From NCBI GenBank assembly GCA_002378195.1, contig DFRJ01000001.1:29517-93516 (forward strand): 64,000 bases of DNA, given 5' to 3'. The notes beneath the pieces are model-generated. The model made no database searches and was not told the DNA's origin. It was given only the letters and a program-made list of their open reading frames with translations. The stretch is from Patescibacteria group bacterium UBA3466. GTDB taxonomy: Bacteria > Patescibacteriota > Minisyncoccia > Phycocordibacterales > UBA918. Of the stretch, positions 49,399-57,458 are shown piece after piece; position 1 is the stretch's first letter; each line of letters opens with the position of its first letter. The translations under genes and the position numbers were made by a program.

Positions 49399-49878
49399 TC
49401 ATCGTTCGATTCTTTGATTAAATTTTGATTCTCTCTCCTCTTTAGAAAAGCTTAATGCCCACTCCCACGCCTCAAAATATATGTCTTTTGGAAGATTTTC
49501 TTTTTCCCACAAAACAGCACTATCAGCATATTCATCCCCATATAAATCATGTAAGACATCATACAGTCTAAGGAAAAGTGTCTTATGCACTTCTAAGCTA
49601 CTTGAGTTGCAGTCCCTGTCTCCAATAAGTATGTGACCCAGTTCATGAATCAAAATTGACCTTTTGACTTCATATGGATAACTCGCTCTCAATTTAAACG
49701 GACGCGACCTACTTACACCCTCAAAAACTTTTGCGTCAATCTCTTTTTGTTCAAATTCAATACCTGTCTTTTCTTGCCAAACCTCTACTATTTTCCTACC
49801 ATCCAAATTCCAAATTTCACCATATTCATTTGCAGCTGTTTCGAATTGTGGTTCGGCTGGATTAAAGTTTATTCTCAT
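49399..49878 (-). CDS. Small protein with an HExxH motif (putative zinc metallopeptidase-like)
   Basis: ILIHELGHIL contains HELGH. The protein is 159 aa with no other recognisable domain. Confidence 0.45.
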   Translation of the reverse strand: MRINFNPAEPQFETAANEYGEIWNLDGRKIVEVWQEKTGIEFEQKEIDAKVFEGVSRSRPFKLRASYPYEVKRSILIHELGHILIGDRDCNSSSLEVHKTLFLRLYDVLHDLYGDEYADSAVLWEKENLPKDIYFEAWEWALSFSKEERESKFNQRIER

Positions 49879-49901
49879 ACACCAACTATATCATTTCAAT
49901 A

Positions 49902-49931
49902 AAGTTCGAACATCGTTGAATAACCCGCACA
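49902..49931 (+). repeat. 30-nt direct repeat R2
   Basis: aagttcgaacatcgttgaataacccgcaca is followed by the hairpin agcccct-attt-aggggtttt. It lies about 150 nt upstream of the second Nudix gene. Confidence 0.85.
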
Positions 49932-50075
49932 GATACAATGAGCCCCTATTTAGGGGTTTTATTGTTGGAGGGATGGTTGAAATATTGGCAACTATCGAAC
50001 TTTGTAGTAATTTACTTAGATACAGAGCCGGAGACAAAGCGTACTTGGCACCTATTAAAAGCATAAAATATATTT

Positions 50076-50498
50076 ATGAAAGAAATACCTAATTGTTTTT
50101 ATCGTGTCAGTATTAAGGCACTAGTCTTGAATGAGACGAAAGACAAGTTTCTTCTATGCAAAGAAGAAGATGGGCGTTGGGAGCTACCTGGAGGAGGACT
50201 AGAATGGGGAATGTCACCACAAGAAGACTTGCCTAGAGAACTGATGGAAGAAATGGGTCTCAAGGCAACATCAATAGCTGAAAACCCCTGCTACTTCATA
50301 ACTGGTCAAAGTACCAATTATCCAGAAGTTAAAATTGCAAACGTATTGTATGAAACTAAGCTTGAACACCTAGACTTCACTCCATCTGATGAATGCATAG
50401 AAATACGATTTGTGAACAAAGATGATGTAGAAGGGATGGAACTTTTTGATGGACCTAAAAAACTATTGAGCATATTTAATCCTGATAATCACCAATAA
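50076..50498 (+). CDS. Nudix hydrolase
   Basis: GGGLEWGMSPQEDLPRELMEEMGL contains a Nudix box (RELMEEMGL). The protein is 140 aa. Confidence 0.8.
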   Translation: MKEIPNCFYRVSIKALVLNETKDKFLLCKEEDGRWELPGGGLEWGMSPQEDLPRELMEEMGLKATSIAENPCYFITGQSTNYPEVKIANVLYETKLEHLDFTPSDECIEIRFVNKDDVEGMELFDGPKKLLSIFNPDNHQ

Positions 50499-50528
50499 AA
50501 GTTCGAACATCGTTGAATAACCCGCACA
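50499..50528 (+). repeat. 30-nt direct repeat R3
   Basis: It starts right after the Nudix stop (..caataa|aagttcgaac..), the same junction as R1. The hairpin aatgagcc-tattctgca-aggctcatttttt follows. Confidence 0.85.
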
Positions 50529-50597
50529 AAGAAAATGAGCCTATTCTGCAAGGCTCATTTTTTGTATACGTAATTGAAAAAGTGACCACTCTCGAAC

Positions 50598-50894
50598 TTA
50601 CACCAGCTGGCAGTATTCCGTGCCAAAGCGCAGTTCCGTGCCAAGCTGTGCCTGCACCATTTCCCAGAACTGAGCAGCCTCTTCTTTTCCTGCTTCTCGA
50701 AGGGCAACGATGGCATCAAAAGTGCGTACGATTGACCCACCGTACTGCTCGTCGTTATTCCAATTGAGACTGTCTTGCAGGACATCTGCCTCTGCCTGGT
50801 CAATGAGTGGTATCTCTACACCTACCCACTGTTCACGGATATGCTGGGGCGCAAATCCAGCGGGTGTGGCAATAATGCGTACTTTCTTGGTCAT
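50598..50894 (-). CDS. Hypothetical protein
   Basis: The start was moved to MTKKVRIIATPAG, which has a GGAG RBS, giving 98 aa. The track's upstream start falls inside repeat R4. Confidence 0.4.
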   Translation of the reverse strand: MTKKVRIIATPAGFAPQHIREQWVGVEIPLIDQAEADVLQDSLNWNNDEQYGGSIVRTFDAIVALREAGKEEAAQFWEMVQAQLGTELRFGTEYCQLV

Positions 50895-50958
50895 CTGAAG
50901 AACTCCTGTAGGAACAAAAACGGACTTACACCTTACACTCTTATAAATTATTTTGCAA

Positions 50959-50988
50959 AACCGTTCGAACATCGTTGAATAACCCGCA
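50959..50988 (+). repeat. 30-nt direct repeat R4
   Basis: ccgttcgaacatcgttgaataacccgcaca is followed by the hairpin aaaagaccgttt-tttaa-gaaacggtctttt. Confidence 0.85.
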
Positions 50989-51065
50989 CAAAAGTGTAAA
51001 GAAAAGACCGTTTTTTAAGAAACGGTCTTTTCTTTAGTAAGCAAACTGCTTTGCTTGCGTGCGCT

Positions 51066-51246
51066 TTTGTGAAGCGGAGCCATAATTTTCTCCCCTCCCT
51101 AGGGAGAAAATGGGCGAGCTGGGGCAGCAGGTACTTAGTGCTCGCAGCTAGCATAGCTTGCGAGAATACTTAGTAACCTGCGCCAGACAATAGTTAGATA
51201 AATTGCAAATATTTATGTGAAGGTGACCGATTCTTCTCACTCGCAT
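51066..51246 (+). repeat. Mosaic element copy A ending in a tRNA-Gly(TCC) 3'-end-like fragment
   Basis: gaagcggagccataattttctcccctccctagggagaaaatgggcgagctggggcagcaggtacttagtgctcgc... is about 90% identical to copy B over 70 nt, with compensatory changes in the hairpin. It ends ggtgacc-gattcttctcactcgca, and cgattcttctcac(t/c)cgca matches the tRNA-Gly(TCC) 3' end at 18 of 19 positions. Confidence 0.7.
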
Positions 51247-51291
51247 TTAAAAAAGTGAAAGCCACTGAAGAAGTGACTTTGCTCCAGTGGC

Positions 51292-51588
51292 TTAATTGTC
51301 TGGCATGACGTCATGCAAATCAGGGTACTTTGGGTCCATAGGATCAATACCGTTCGCAATCGCTTCCTTGCGACGACGAACCAGTTCATTACCAGCTTCA
51401 CTCATTCGAAAACCTACGTCGAGATTACAGAGTTCTGCTTTGTAGTGCTTGATTACGGCTTTTTTGTATTCTTCATAGTACGCACCGTACCAAAACACGA
51501 ATCTGAGCCCCAAAAGAGCAAAGCGTTTAGGGTACGGCATCCAGTTGAAGAAAAAAGCCCAAGGAAATATTTTTGAGAACATTGTCAC
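51292..51588 (-). CDS. Hypothetical protein
   Basis: A 98-aa ORF, Trp/Tyr-rich at the N-terminus, with no recognisable motifs. Confidence 0.4.
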   Translation of the reverse strand: MTMFSKIFPWAFFFNWMPYPKRFALLGLRFVFWYGAYYEEYKKAVIKHYKAELCNLDVGFRMSEAGNELVRRRKEAIANGIDPMDPKYPDLHDVMPDN

Positions 51589-51642
51589 CTCCTTAATTTG
51601 GTTGACAGTCTATTTGTATCAAAACTACGTAGATATGCAATT

Positions 51643-51667
51643 GTTTCCTAAAAAGTTCGAACATCGT
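51643..51667 (+). repeat. 30-nt direct repeat R5 (truncated variant)
   Basis: aagttcgaacatcgttgaataaccc is followed by tccaaaa rather than gcaca. Confidence 0.8.
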
Positions 51668-51676
51668 TGAATAACC

Positions 51677-51716
51677 CTCCAAAAATTTTGTTACGTAGCA
51701 TGTTACGTAACATGCT
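51677..51716. promoter_or_regulatory. Perfect 38-40-bp palindrome upstream of the CYTH gene
   Basis: ttgttacgtagcatgttac|gtaacatgctacgtaacaa has 19-bp perfect arms with no spacer. A TATAAT at about 51745 follows, and the CYTH ATG is at 51826. Confidence 0.6.
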
Positions 51717-51825
51717 ACGTAACAAAGCACACCTGATTTGCCTGTCTGATAGATAGCAGTATAATCAGATTATCTCTGAGTCGGCGATAACGCATCGTGG
51801 CAAAGTTACCAAATAAATATTTTTT

Positions 51826-52338
51826 ATGATTGAACTAGAACGTACTTTCTTAGCCAAATCATTACCAAGTAATCTCATGGAATGTGAGAATAAGGAAATT
51901 GAAGATCTCTATATAGAGAACGGCCATGAGCACGCTGATTTACGTTTACGCAAAAATGGTGATACGTACGAAATTACTAAGAAAAAGCCGGTCGATGACG
52001 CTGATGTATCAAAGCAAATTGAAACCACCATCCATATCAATGAAGCTGAATACAACAGCCTCGCCAAGGCTGATGGTAAGCGTGTAGCAAAAACCCGCTA
52101 CTACTTCGAACACAATGGACGCACCGCTGAGTTTGATGTCTTTTCTGGCGAACTTGAAGGTCTAGTGCTGGTCGATTTTGAATTCGACACTGAAGAAGAG
52201 CGAGATGGGTTTGAAATGCCAGATTTTTGCCTCAAAGATATCACTCAAGAAGAGTTTATTGCTGGCGGACTACTAGCTGGTAAAAGCTATGGTGATATCA
52301 AAGATGATCTTAAACGCTTTAACTACAACCGCCTCTAA
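51826..52338 (+). CDS. CYTH-domain protein (class IV adenylate cyclase / triphosphatase fold)
   Basis: The N-terminal MIELERTFL is the ExExK motif, and acidic patches characteristic of CYTH are present. Confidence 0.7.
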   Translation: MIELERTFLAKSLPSNLMECENKEIEDLYIENGHEHADLRLRKNGDTYEITKKKPVDDADVSKQIETTIHINEAEYNSLAKADGKRVAKTRYYFEHNGRTAEFDVFSGELEGLVLVDFEFDTEEERDGFEMPDFCLKDITQEEFIAGGLLAGKSYGDIKDDLKRFNYNRL

Positions 52339-52454
52339 TAAGTGCACTACTCTATTTACAAATAATAATTTAGTAGTAGAGTAAGGATAGTAGAGCAATG
52401 ATCACAGCCAAGACGATTTGATTTTTATTGAACTGTCTTGGCTGTGATCATTTT

Positions 52455-52725
52455 GATTGCAGTGTAGACCAACCTTCGGGAGAAAGTACAAAATGAGTGA
52501 AGAAAAAAACGAGAAAAGCAGCAGCTTTTACCAGGATCGTTACGCTTTGCGGCAACAGCACTCGGCAAGGTCGACCACGGAAGCGGACCGACGAAGAGAT
52601 TCTCATATCACACCTGCGCGAGGTCATGCTCACGGAGGAGGATTGCTCGGCGATTCGAGTCCGGTCTAACAATCGGCAAGCAGTAATTACCGCGGTGAGC
52701 ACTTATGCTCACCGCTCTTTTTATT
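52455..52725 (+). other. Terminator-delimited unit carrying a short basic ORF of 65 aa or an ncRNA
   Basis: It is preceded by a 16-bp-arm inverted repeat (52407-52458) and ends at the strong terminator accgcggtgagc-actta-tgctcaccgc-tcttttt (52685-52725). It contains the RBS gggag, 9 nt, then ATG at 52472 (MSEEKNEKSSSFYQDRY...), and overlapping ORFs are present in other frames. Confidence 0.3.
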
Positions 52726-52759
52726 TATATAGTTTGGTCGGTGCTATACTTAAACCACT

Positions 52760-53842
52760 ATGCAATTTCTTACCGATATTTTAGTTGTTGTGCTATCTAG
52801 CTACTTGGCCTTTACCAATTCGCTAGCCCACAACATAGAAAGTCTTTTTATTGAACCTGAAACAGAGATCGTCACTGCAGTAGAGCCTCAGACAGAAAAC
52901 ATTTCTACCCTACCCAGTCAGATCACCTCAGCCATACCAGACGTTCTATTAACTAGTGTTGAATACCAATCAGCCGCACTCGCTAGTTCGCAAAATTTGA
53001 CGGGCGCTAACACCCTTGAGCCTTTGGATGCAATTGTGAACATCTTTTGTACCATGACTACCGATGACTACATTCGCACCACTACTGGTACTGGCTTTTT
53101 TATTGATCGCGATGGAGTAGTAATGACTAATGCTCATGTCGCGCAATTCCTACTCCTTGAAGAAGCTAATCAAATCGGCGATGTGGAGTGTATACTTCGC
53201 AACGGCAACCCAGCGGCGCCCCGCTACCAAGCCGAGCTACTATACATTTCACCAGCATGGATCCAAGAAAATTCTGGGGTAATTTCTGAAGACACTCCAA
53301 TGGGTACTGGTGAGCGCGACTATGCGCTTTTGTACGTTAGCGGCAGTGTTGATGGATCTCCACTGCCAGCGGAATTTCCCGCTCTGGGTTTTAGAACAGC
53401 GGACTTACCGACGTCGATCAAAAATGACGCCGTCGTGGCAGCCGGCTACCCAGCTACCCCACTTTTTGAAGACGGCCCTAGCGCAGATCTGATACCAAAA
53501 AAGGCTGACACCTCTGTATCTGAACTATATACCTTTGGATCTAACCTGGCTGACGTATTTTCCATTCGTGGCAGCGAAGTAGGTGAACAAGGATCGTCTG
53601 GCGGCCCAGTCTTAAATGAAGACGGCGAAGTAATTGGTATTATTGTCACTCGCGGTGACGATGAAGCCGACGGCGAAGGTAGTTTGAGAGCTATAACAAT
53701 ATCGCACGTAGAAAGAACCATCAAAGAAGAGACTAATTTCTCACTAGAAGAAAATCTCAATGGCAATCTTCCATTCAGAGCCGAGGTGTTCGCCGACACC
53801 ATGACTCCATTTTTGTTGACGATTTTGCAGCAGGCAAACTAG
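52760..53842 (+). CDS. Trypsin-like serine protease (S1 family), secreted or membrane-anchored
   Basis: The N-terminal hydrophobic segment is followed by TGTGFFIDRDGVVMTNAHV (His region) and GSSGGPV (catalytic Ser). Confidence 0.75.
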   Translation: MQFLTDILVVVLSSYLAFTNSLAHNIESLFIEPETEIVTAVEPQTENISTLPSQITSAIPDVLLTSVEYQSAALASSQNLTGANTLEPLDAIVNIFCTMTTDDYIRTTTGTGFFIDRDGVVMTNAHVAQFLLLEEANQIGDVECILRNGNPAAPRYQAELLYISPAWIQENSGVISEDTPMGTGERDYALLYVSGSVDGSPLPAEFPALGFRTADLPTSIKNDAVVAAGYPATPLFEDGPSADLIPKKADTSVSELYTFGSNLADVFSIRGSEVGEQGSSGGPVLNEDGEVIGIIVTRGDDEADGEGSLRAITISHVERTIKEETNFSLEENLNGNLPFRAEVFADTMTPFLLTILQQAN

Positions 53843-53846
53843 AAGT

Positions 53847-53886
53847 AAAAAGGCCGGCGGGAGCTTCGCTCCCGCCGGCCTTTTTG
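53847..53886. terminator. Bidirectional terminator
   Basis: aaaa-ggccggcgggagc-ttc-gctcccgccggcc-ttttt. Confidence 0.8.
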
Positions 53887-53894
53887 TTACCCTC

Positions 53895-55007
53895 CTAAGT
53901 AACCGACTTGGTGTAGATAGTCTGAGTTGGATAAGCAAACTCTATCCCCTCTTCAGCAAAGCGTTTCATTAGATCAAAGTTGAAGGCCTGTTGGATATTT
54001 AGATACTCAGTGTAATCTGACGATTCAACATGATACACCACCTCAAAGATCAGGGCTGAATCACCAAACGAAGTGAAATGAGCGCGATCAAAACGCCCTC
54101 CATCAAGGTCAGCAAAGATGTTTTCCACCATTTTAGGGATTACATGCACTTTTTCTTGCGCCGTTTCATAGGTGATACCAAACTGAGTGACAATTCTCCG
54201 TTCATCCATTTTCTTAAAATTCTGTACCCGGGCAGTTGTCAGCTCGTTGTTTGAAACAACCAATTCTTCCCCTTGCAGAGTTCTAATTCTGGTAGTTTTA
54301 ATGCCGATCCTCTCGACTGTACCTGAGTCACTACCGATAACAATAAAATCACCGATCCGAAATGGCTTGTCAAAATATAGTGAGAACGAGGCAAACAAAT
54401 CACTCAAAACGCCCTGTAAGGCAAAGGCAATCGCGACTCCCCCGATTCCCAAACCAGCGATCAGTGATGTAACCTCAATCCCTAAATTTGATAATACAAA
54501 TAGTGAACCGAGTGCCCATAAAACTATTTTGGACATTAGAGTTACCAAATGCGAGGCAGTGGCCGAATTTGGATCGATTTGTCCATCACCATCTTCATCT
54601 TTTTCTAGGAAATTTCTTGCTAAAAACCTAATGAGCGATGAAGCCATTTCAATCAATTGCCACACTACCGCAAACAAAAAGATGCCGGTAATGATCTTGG
54701 TGGTAAGTTCACCAAACTCAAACACTTGCAATGCGGCATAAAGCGAAACTAACGTATACACCCAGGCTCGCACTGAACTGACAATGCCAATCACGGCATC
54801 ATCCAGGTTGGTCTTGGTCTTGGCAGCCAACGCTTTTACCCGCAATAACACCACCATTCGAACAAACCAAAAGATGAGAGTGAGGGCAACAAAAATAATG
54901 CCCCCCGCGACCAGTTTGGTCACATCAACTTCACCCAACAAAGGCAAAGTCGCGCTTAGGGTAGGCATATGGGCAGTAATAAGATTCGCTGATAGGTTTT
55001 CGAACAT
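53895..55007 (-). CDS. Mechanosensitive ion channel, MscS family
   Basis: The transmembrane N-terminus is followed by the conserved MscS beta-domain (PFRIGDFIVIGSDSGTVERIGIKTTRIRT). Confidence 0.85.
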   Translation of the reverse strand: MFENLSANLITAHMPTLSATLPLLGEVDVTKLVAGGIIFVALTLIFWFVRMVVLLRVKALAAKTKTNLDDAVIGIVSSVRAWVYTLVSLYAALQVFEFGELTTKIITGIFLFAVVWQLIEMASSLIRFLARNFLEKDEDGDGQIDPNSATASHLVTLMSKIVLWALGSLFVLSNLGIEVTSLIAGLGIGGVAIAFALQGVLSDLFASFSLYFDKPFRIGDFIVIGSDSGTVERIGIKTTRIRTLQGEELVVSNNELTTARVQNFKKMDERRIVTQFGITYETAQEKVHVIPKMVENIFADLDGGRFDRAHFTSFGDSALIFEVVYHVESSDYTEYLNIQQAFNFDLMKRFAEEGIEFAYPTQTIYTKSVT

Positions 55008-55142
55008 GTAAATTGCTTAGGACTATAATGTCTCTACCCTACCAAATTAGCCACCATCACTCAAACGTTCCACTTCTTAGCCAAGGAGACAACTCCCACC
55101 CTAAGAAGCGAAGGGCAACTAAAGTTGCCCAGACATCAATGA

Positions 55143-55745
55143 TTATGCAACCTGTGATACAGAATGCAGACTGTCTTGATGACCAAATTCAAAGCCCACG
55201 AGCCAGCTCTGACCACTATCTTCGTCAACCCGCAGCGTGATGGTTGAAAATCCAACCATCCCCAAATCGAGCAACCGATTAATCAGCGGCCTGGCTTTCA
55301 ATTCAAGCTCAGATGACTTGTCCGTGCATGACAACGAACAATTCATTGTCATCAAGGCAGACTGCTGATCAAACAGATAGTAGACAAACGCTACATCATG
55401 GGTCCCAGCCGACTCTTGCACCAAGCAATCGTAGAAACCATTACTGGCTTCTTGGGCAACCCAATCAACTAAAGTTGCTTTATCGGTCATCCACACAGAC
55501 CGATATTCCCCAGGCTGGTTGCAGTAGCGCACCACAAACTGTCCTTCCTTCAGAAACTGTACAGCTTCCTCGACCTGCAAGTTACAGCAACCCCGGTAAT
55601 ACAGTAGTCGAGTGGCAGGTAGATACCTCTCCCAATCCAGATAAAAACTCACCGGATCCACCAGTCTCTGGTACTGATAGTGGCCGAGTAACAGCCGTGG
55701 ATCTGGTGGCTCTACTTCGGATTTATTTGATTGTTTCATAATCAC
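55143..55745 (-). CDS. Hypothetical protein
   Basis: A 200-aa Cys/Trp-containing ORF with no recognisable motifs. Its GC content looks locally higher. Confidence 0.4.
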   Translation of the reverse strand: MIMKQSNKSEVEPPDPRLLLGHYQYQRLVDPVSFYLDWERYLPATRLLYYRGCCNLQVEEAVQFLKEGQFVVRYCNQPGEYRSVWMTDKATLVDWVAQEASNGFYDCLVQESAGTHDVAFVYYLFDQQSALMTMNCSLSCTDKSSELELKARPLINRLLDLGMVGFSTITLRVDEDSGQSWLVGFEFGHQDSLHSVSQVA

Positions 55746-56015
55746 TCCTTTTAACAGAACATTTGACCATCCTAACTAGGCGTCAATTTTGGAAACTTTA
55801 TTGCTCCCAGAACGTAAAACAATCAATGTTCTTTTACGTCCTGGGAACTATAAAATAAGACCGGCTCGCCTGTGGCGAGCCGGTCTTTGGGGTATCTAGT
55901 TTTAGCACTCCAACTACCACTCGCCTAGAGCGAAAAACCAAAGAAGCTAAACCAGTAACGGTTTAACTGATTGGTAATTGTAGTGGGCAGACTGCTCATA
56001 AAACTAATATACTCC

Positions 56016-57455
56016 CTATTCGATCTCTGTGTCAACGGCCGCTTCTAGTTCTGCCTCTGACTCGAGCGGCACCTCCTCTACCAACTCTTCTACTTCAACT
56101 CCCTCTACCGCTTCTTCCTCATCGATCACAATTTCTTCAGTAGTGGTCGCAGTTGTACTGGCCACTTCTTCGATTAATTCTTCTGGTGGTAATGGGTCAC
56201 GCACGCGGTTGATCTCCAGCACCTTAATTGCGTTGTCAGCAATAGCAATAGTTTCTTCGGCTAAATCTACGTAGGCCACAAAGTCAGTAGTTGAAGCCAA
56301 ATTTTCTAGACGCTCCGCAATATCAGCCTGAAGTGCATTGGTCTTTTCAATAATTCCTTCGTCTTCCACCAACTCTAATCGTGTTTGCATCTCGGCAGAC
56401 TTATCTTCAATAGTAGTTTTAAGCTCCAACCTTGCCTCCTCCTTCTCTTCTTCAGTCAACACTACCGGGATCACGGTTTCGATATCGACAGTATTCACTA
56501 CTTGTAAATCTGTAATAAACACTACCAGCCGCTGGGTGCGCTGTAGTACTGCTACTAACTGTTCGCGAGCGGTCAGTTGATCATTGGCAGCGGTTTCTAC
56601 CGCCTCCACAATAGCTCGGTCGAGGTCTTGTGCGCGTCTAGTTACTTCTAGATGACTATCTTCTTCAATCACACCTTCGAGGCTCGCGATTAATTCATAG
56701 ATACGAGTGGTGTTTTGCTCTACTCGAGCCATTAGCTTGTCATAAGCAGGCAAGGTGGTAGAAGCATTTTCAGGACTTGCTTCAACTCGAGATTTATCTA
56801 TGGCATCTGCAATCAAATTAACTGAACCAGTCGTCACCTCCCCTTCCTCGACGGTTTCTTCATTTTTTAGTGAAGTAGATTGAACTTCCAAAGTAGAATC
56901 TAGTGCAATAGAAGCAATCGCGGCAGCGTCAGCATCTTCGGTGCGCAATTCTTCAATTTCTCGCTTGGCGTTTTCGGAGTGAGTGCGTACAGCTTCAGCC
57001 ACCTCGGCCTCCGCTTCTTCAGTCAGACGACCTTCACTAGCCAGTAGTCGCGCTTCTGCGATACGTCGATTGAGACGCTCGGTCTCCCATTCAACTTTTT
57101 GCACACTATCAAAGGTGAGTGAACCACGCAGCTCTTCATTAAATTGTACTTTTACCGCATACAGTACGTCTCCTGGCACCGCCCGCTCGGCTACAAATGG
57201 CACCACCACCATGATAAGTACGGCCAGTGAAGCTGTGACTTTAAATATATTATGGAAAGGAATTTTTACAGTCGCAAATGGTTCAGTCAAAACTGGTGCT
57301 GCGGACACCTTCTTGGCCTTCTTCACTTTCATTTCGGCCGGCAGTGGATGATACTCCATATAAGCAACAACCCGCTCTCGCAGTTCATTTCTCTCAGCCG
57401 CACGCAATTTTACGCTTTTGGCTTTGGTATGCAGTTGTTCGCTAAATCTTTTCAT
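56016..57455 (-). CDS. Putative anti-sigma factor (single transmembrane helix, coiled-coil extracytoplasmic domain)
   Basis: It lies directly downstream of the ECF sigma gene (4-nt gap), with an N-terminal cytoplasmic segment, one transmembrane helix, and a long Glu/Ala-rich helical domain. Confidence 0.6.
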   Translation of the reverse strand: MKRFSEQLHTKAKSVKLRAAERNELRERVVAYMEYHPLPAEMKVKKAKKVSAAPVLTEPFATVKIPFHNIFKVTASLAVLIMVVVPFVAERAVPGDVLYAVKVQFNEELRGSLTFDSVQKVEWETERLNRRIAEARLLASEGRLTEEAEAEVAEAVRTHSENAKREIEELRTEDADAAAIASIALDSTLEVQSTSLKNEETVEEGEVTTGSVNLIADAIDKSRVEASPENASTTLPAYDKLMARVEQNTTRIYELIASLEGVIEEDSHLEVTRRAQDLDRAIVEAVETAANDQLTAREQLVAVLQRTQRLVVFITDLQVVNTVDIETVIPVVLTEEEKEEARLELKTTIEDKSAEMQTRLELVEDEGIIEKTNALQADIAERLENLASTTDFVAYVDLAEETIAIADNAIKVLEINRVRDPLPPEELIEEVASTTATTTEEIVIDEEEAVEGVEVEELVEEVPLESEAELEAAVDTEIE

Positions 57456-57458
57456 TGG

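Noticed and set aside
51131-51180. CIRCE-like (HrcA) inverted repeat ttagtgctc-N-gag..acttag inside element A, and a CtsR box upstream of clpP
   Set aside because: The half-sites do not match TTAGCACTC/GAGTGCTAA, with the core GTG/CAC swapped. No GGTCAAA heptad repeat lies upstream of clpP.
51223-51246. Treating the tRNA-Gly(TCC) 3'-like fragment as unambiguous attR
   Set aside because: It is kept only as a hypothesis. Six of the 19 matching bases (cgattc) belong to a module, ggtgaccgattc, that also occurs in element B next to a different tRNA-Gly. The independent match is therefore about 12 nt and needs comparative confirmation.
49341-51667. The five 30-nt direct repeats, considered as a CRISPR array
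   Set aside because: The spacing is 460-690 nt, whereas CRISPR spacers are 30-40 nt. Full genes lie between the repeats, and the repeats are followed by variable terminators. No cas genes are present.
52455-52725. Possible tmRNA, prompted by TTCGAGTCCGG and a YAL-like peptide
   Set aside because: No tRNA-like acceptor or T-arm pairing can be formed. The YALRQQ peptide is not followed by a stop, as a tag reading frame requires. No 5' GGGG acceptor strand is present.
12584-53886. A shared GGCCGGCGC terminator stem across many intergenic regions, considered as a mobile repeat family
   Set aside because: Apart from a short GC stem the copies differ in loop and flanks. This is consistent with ordinary intrinsic terminators and not with a dispersed element. 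The 8147 variant and the 48-nt and 75-nt repeats are the exceptions and are reported separately.
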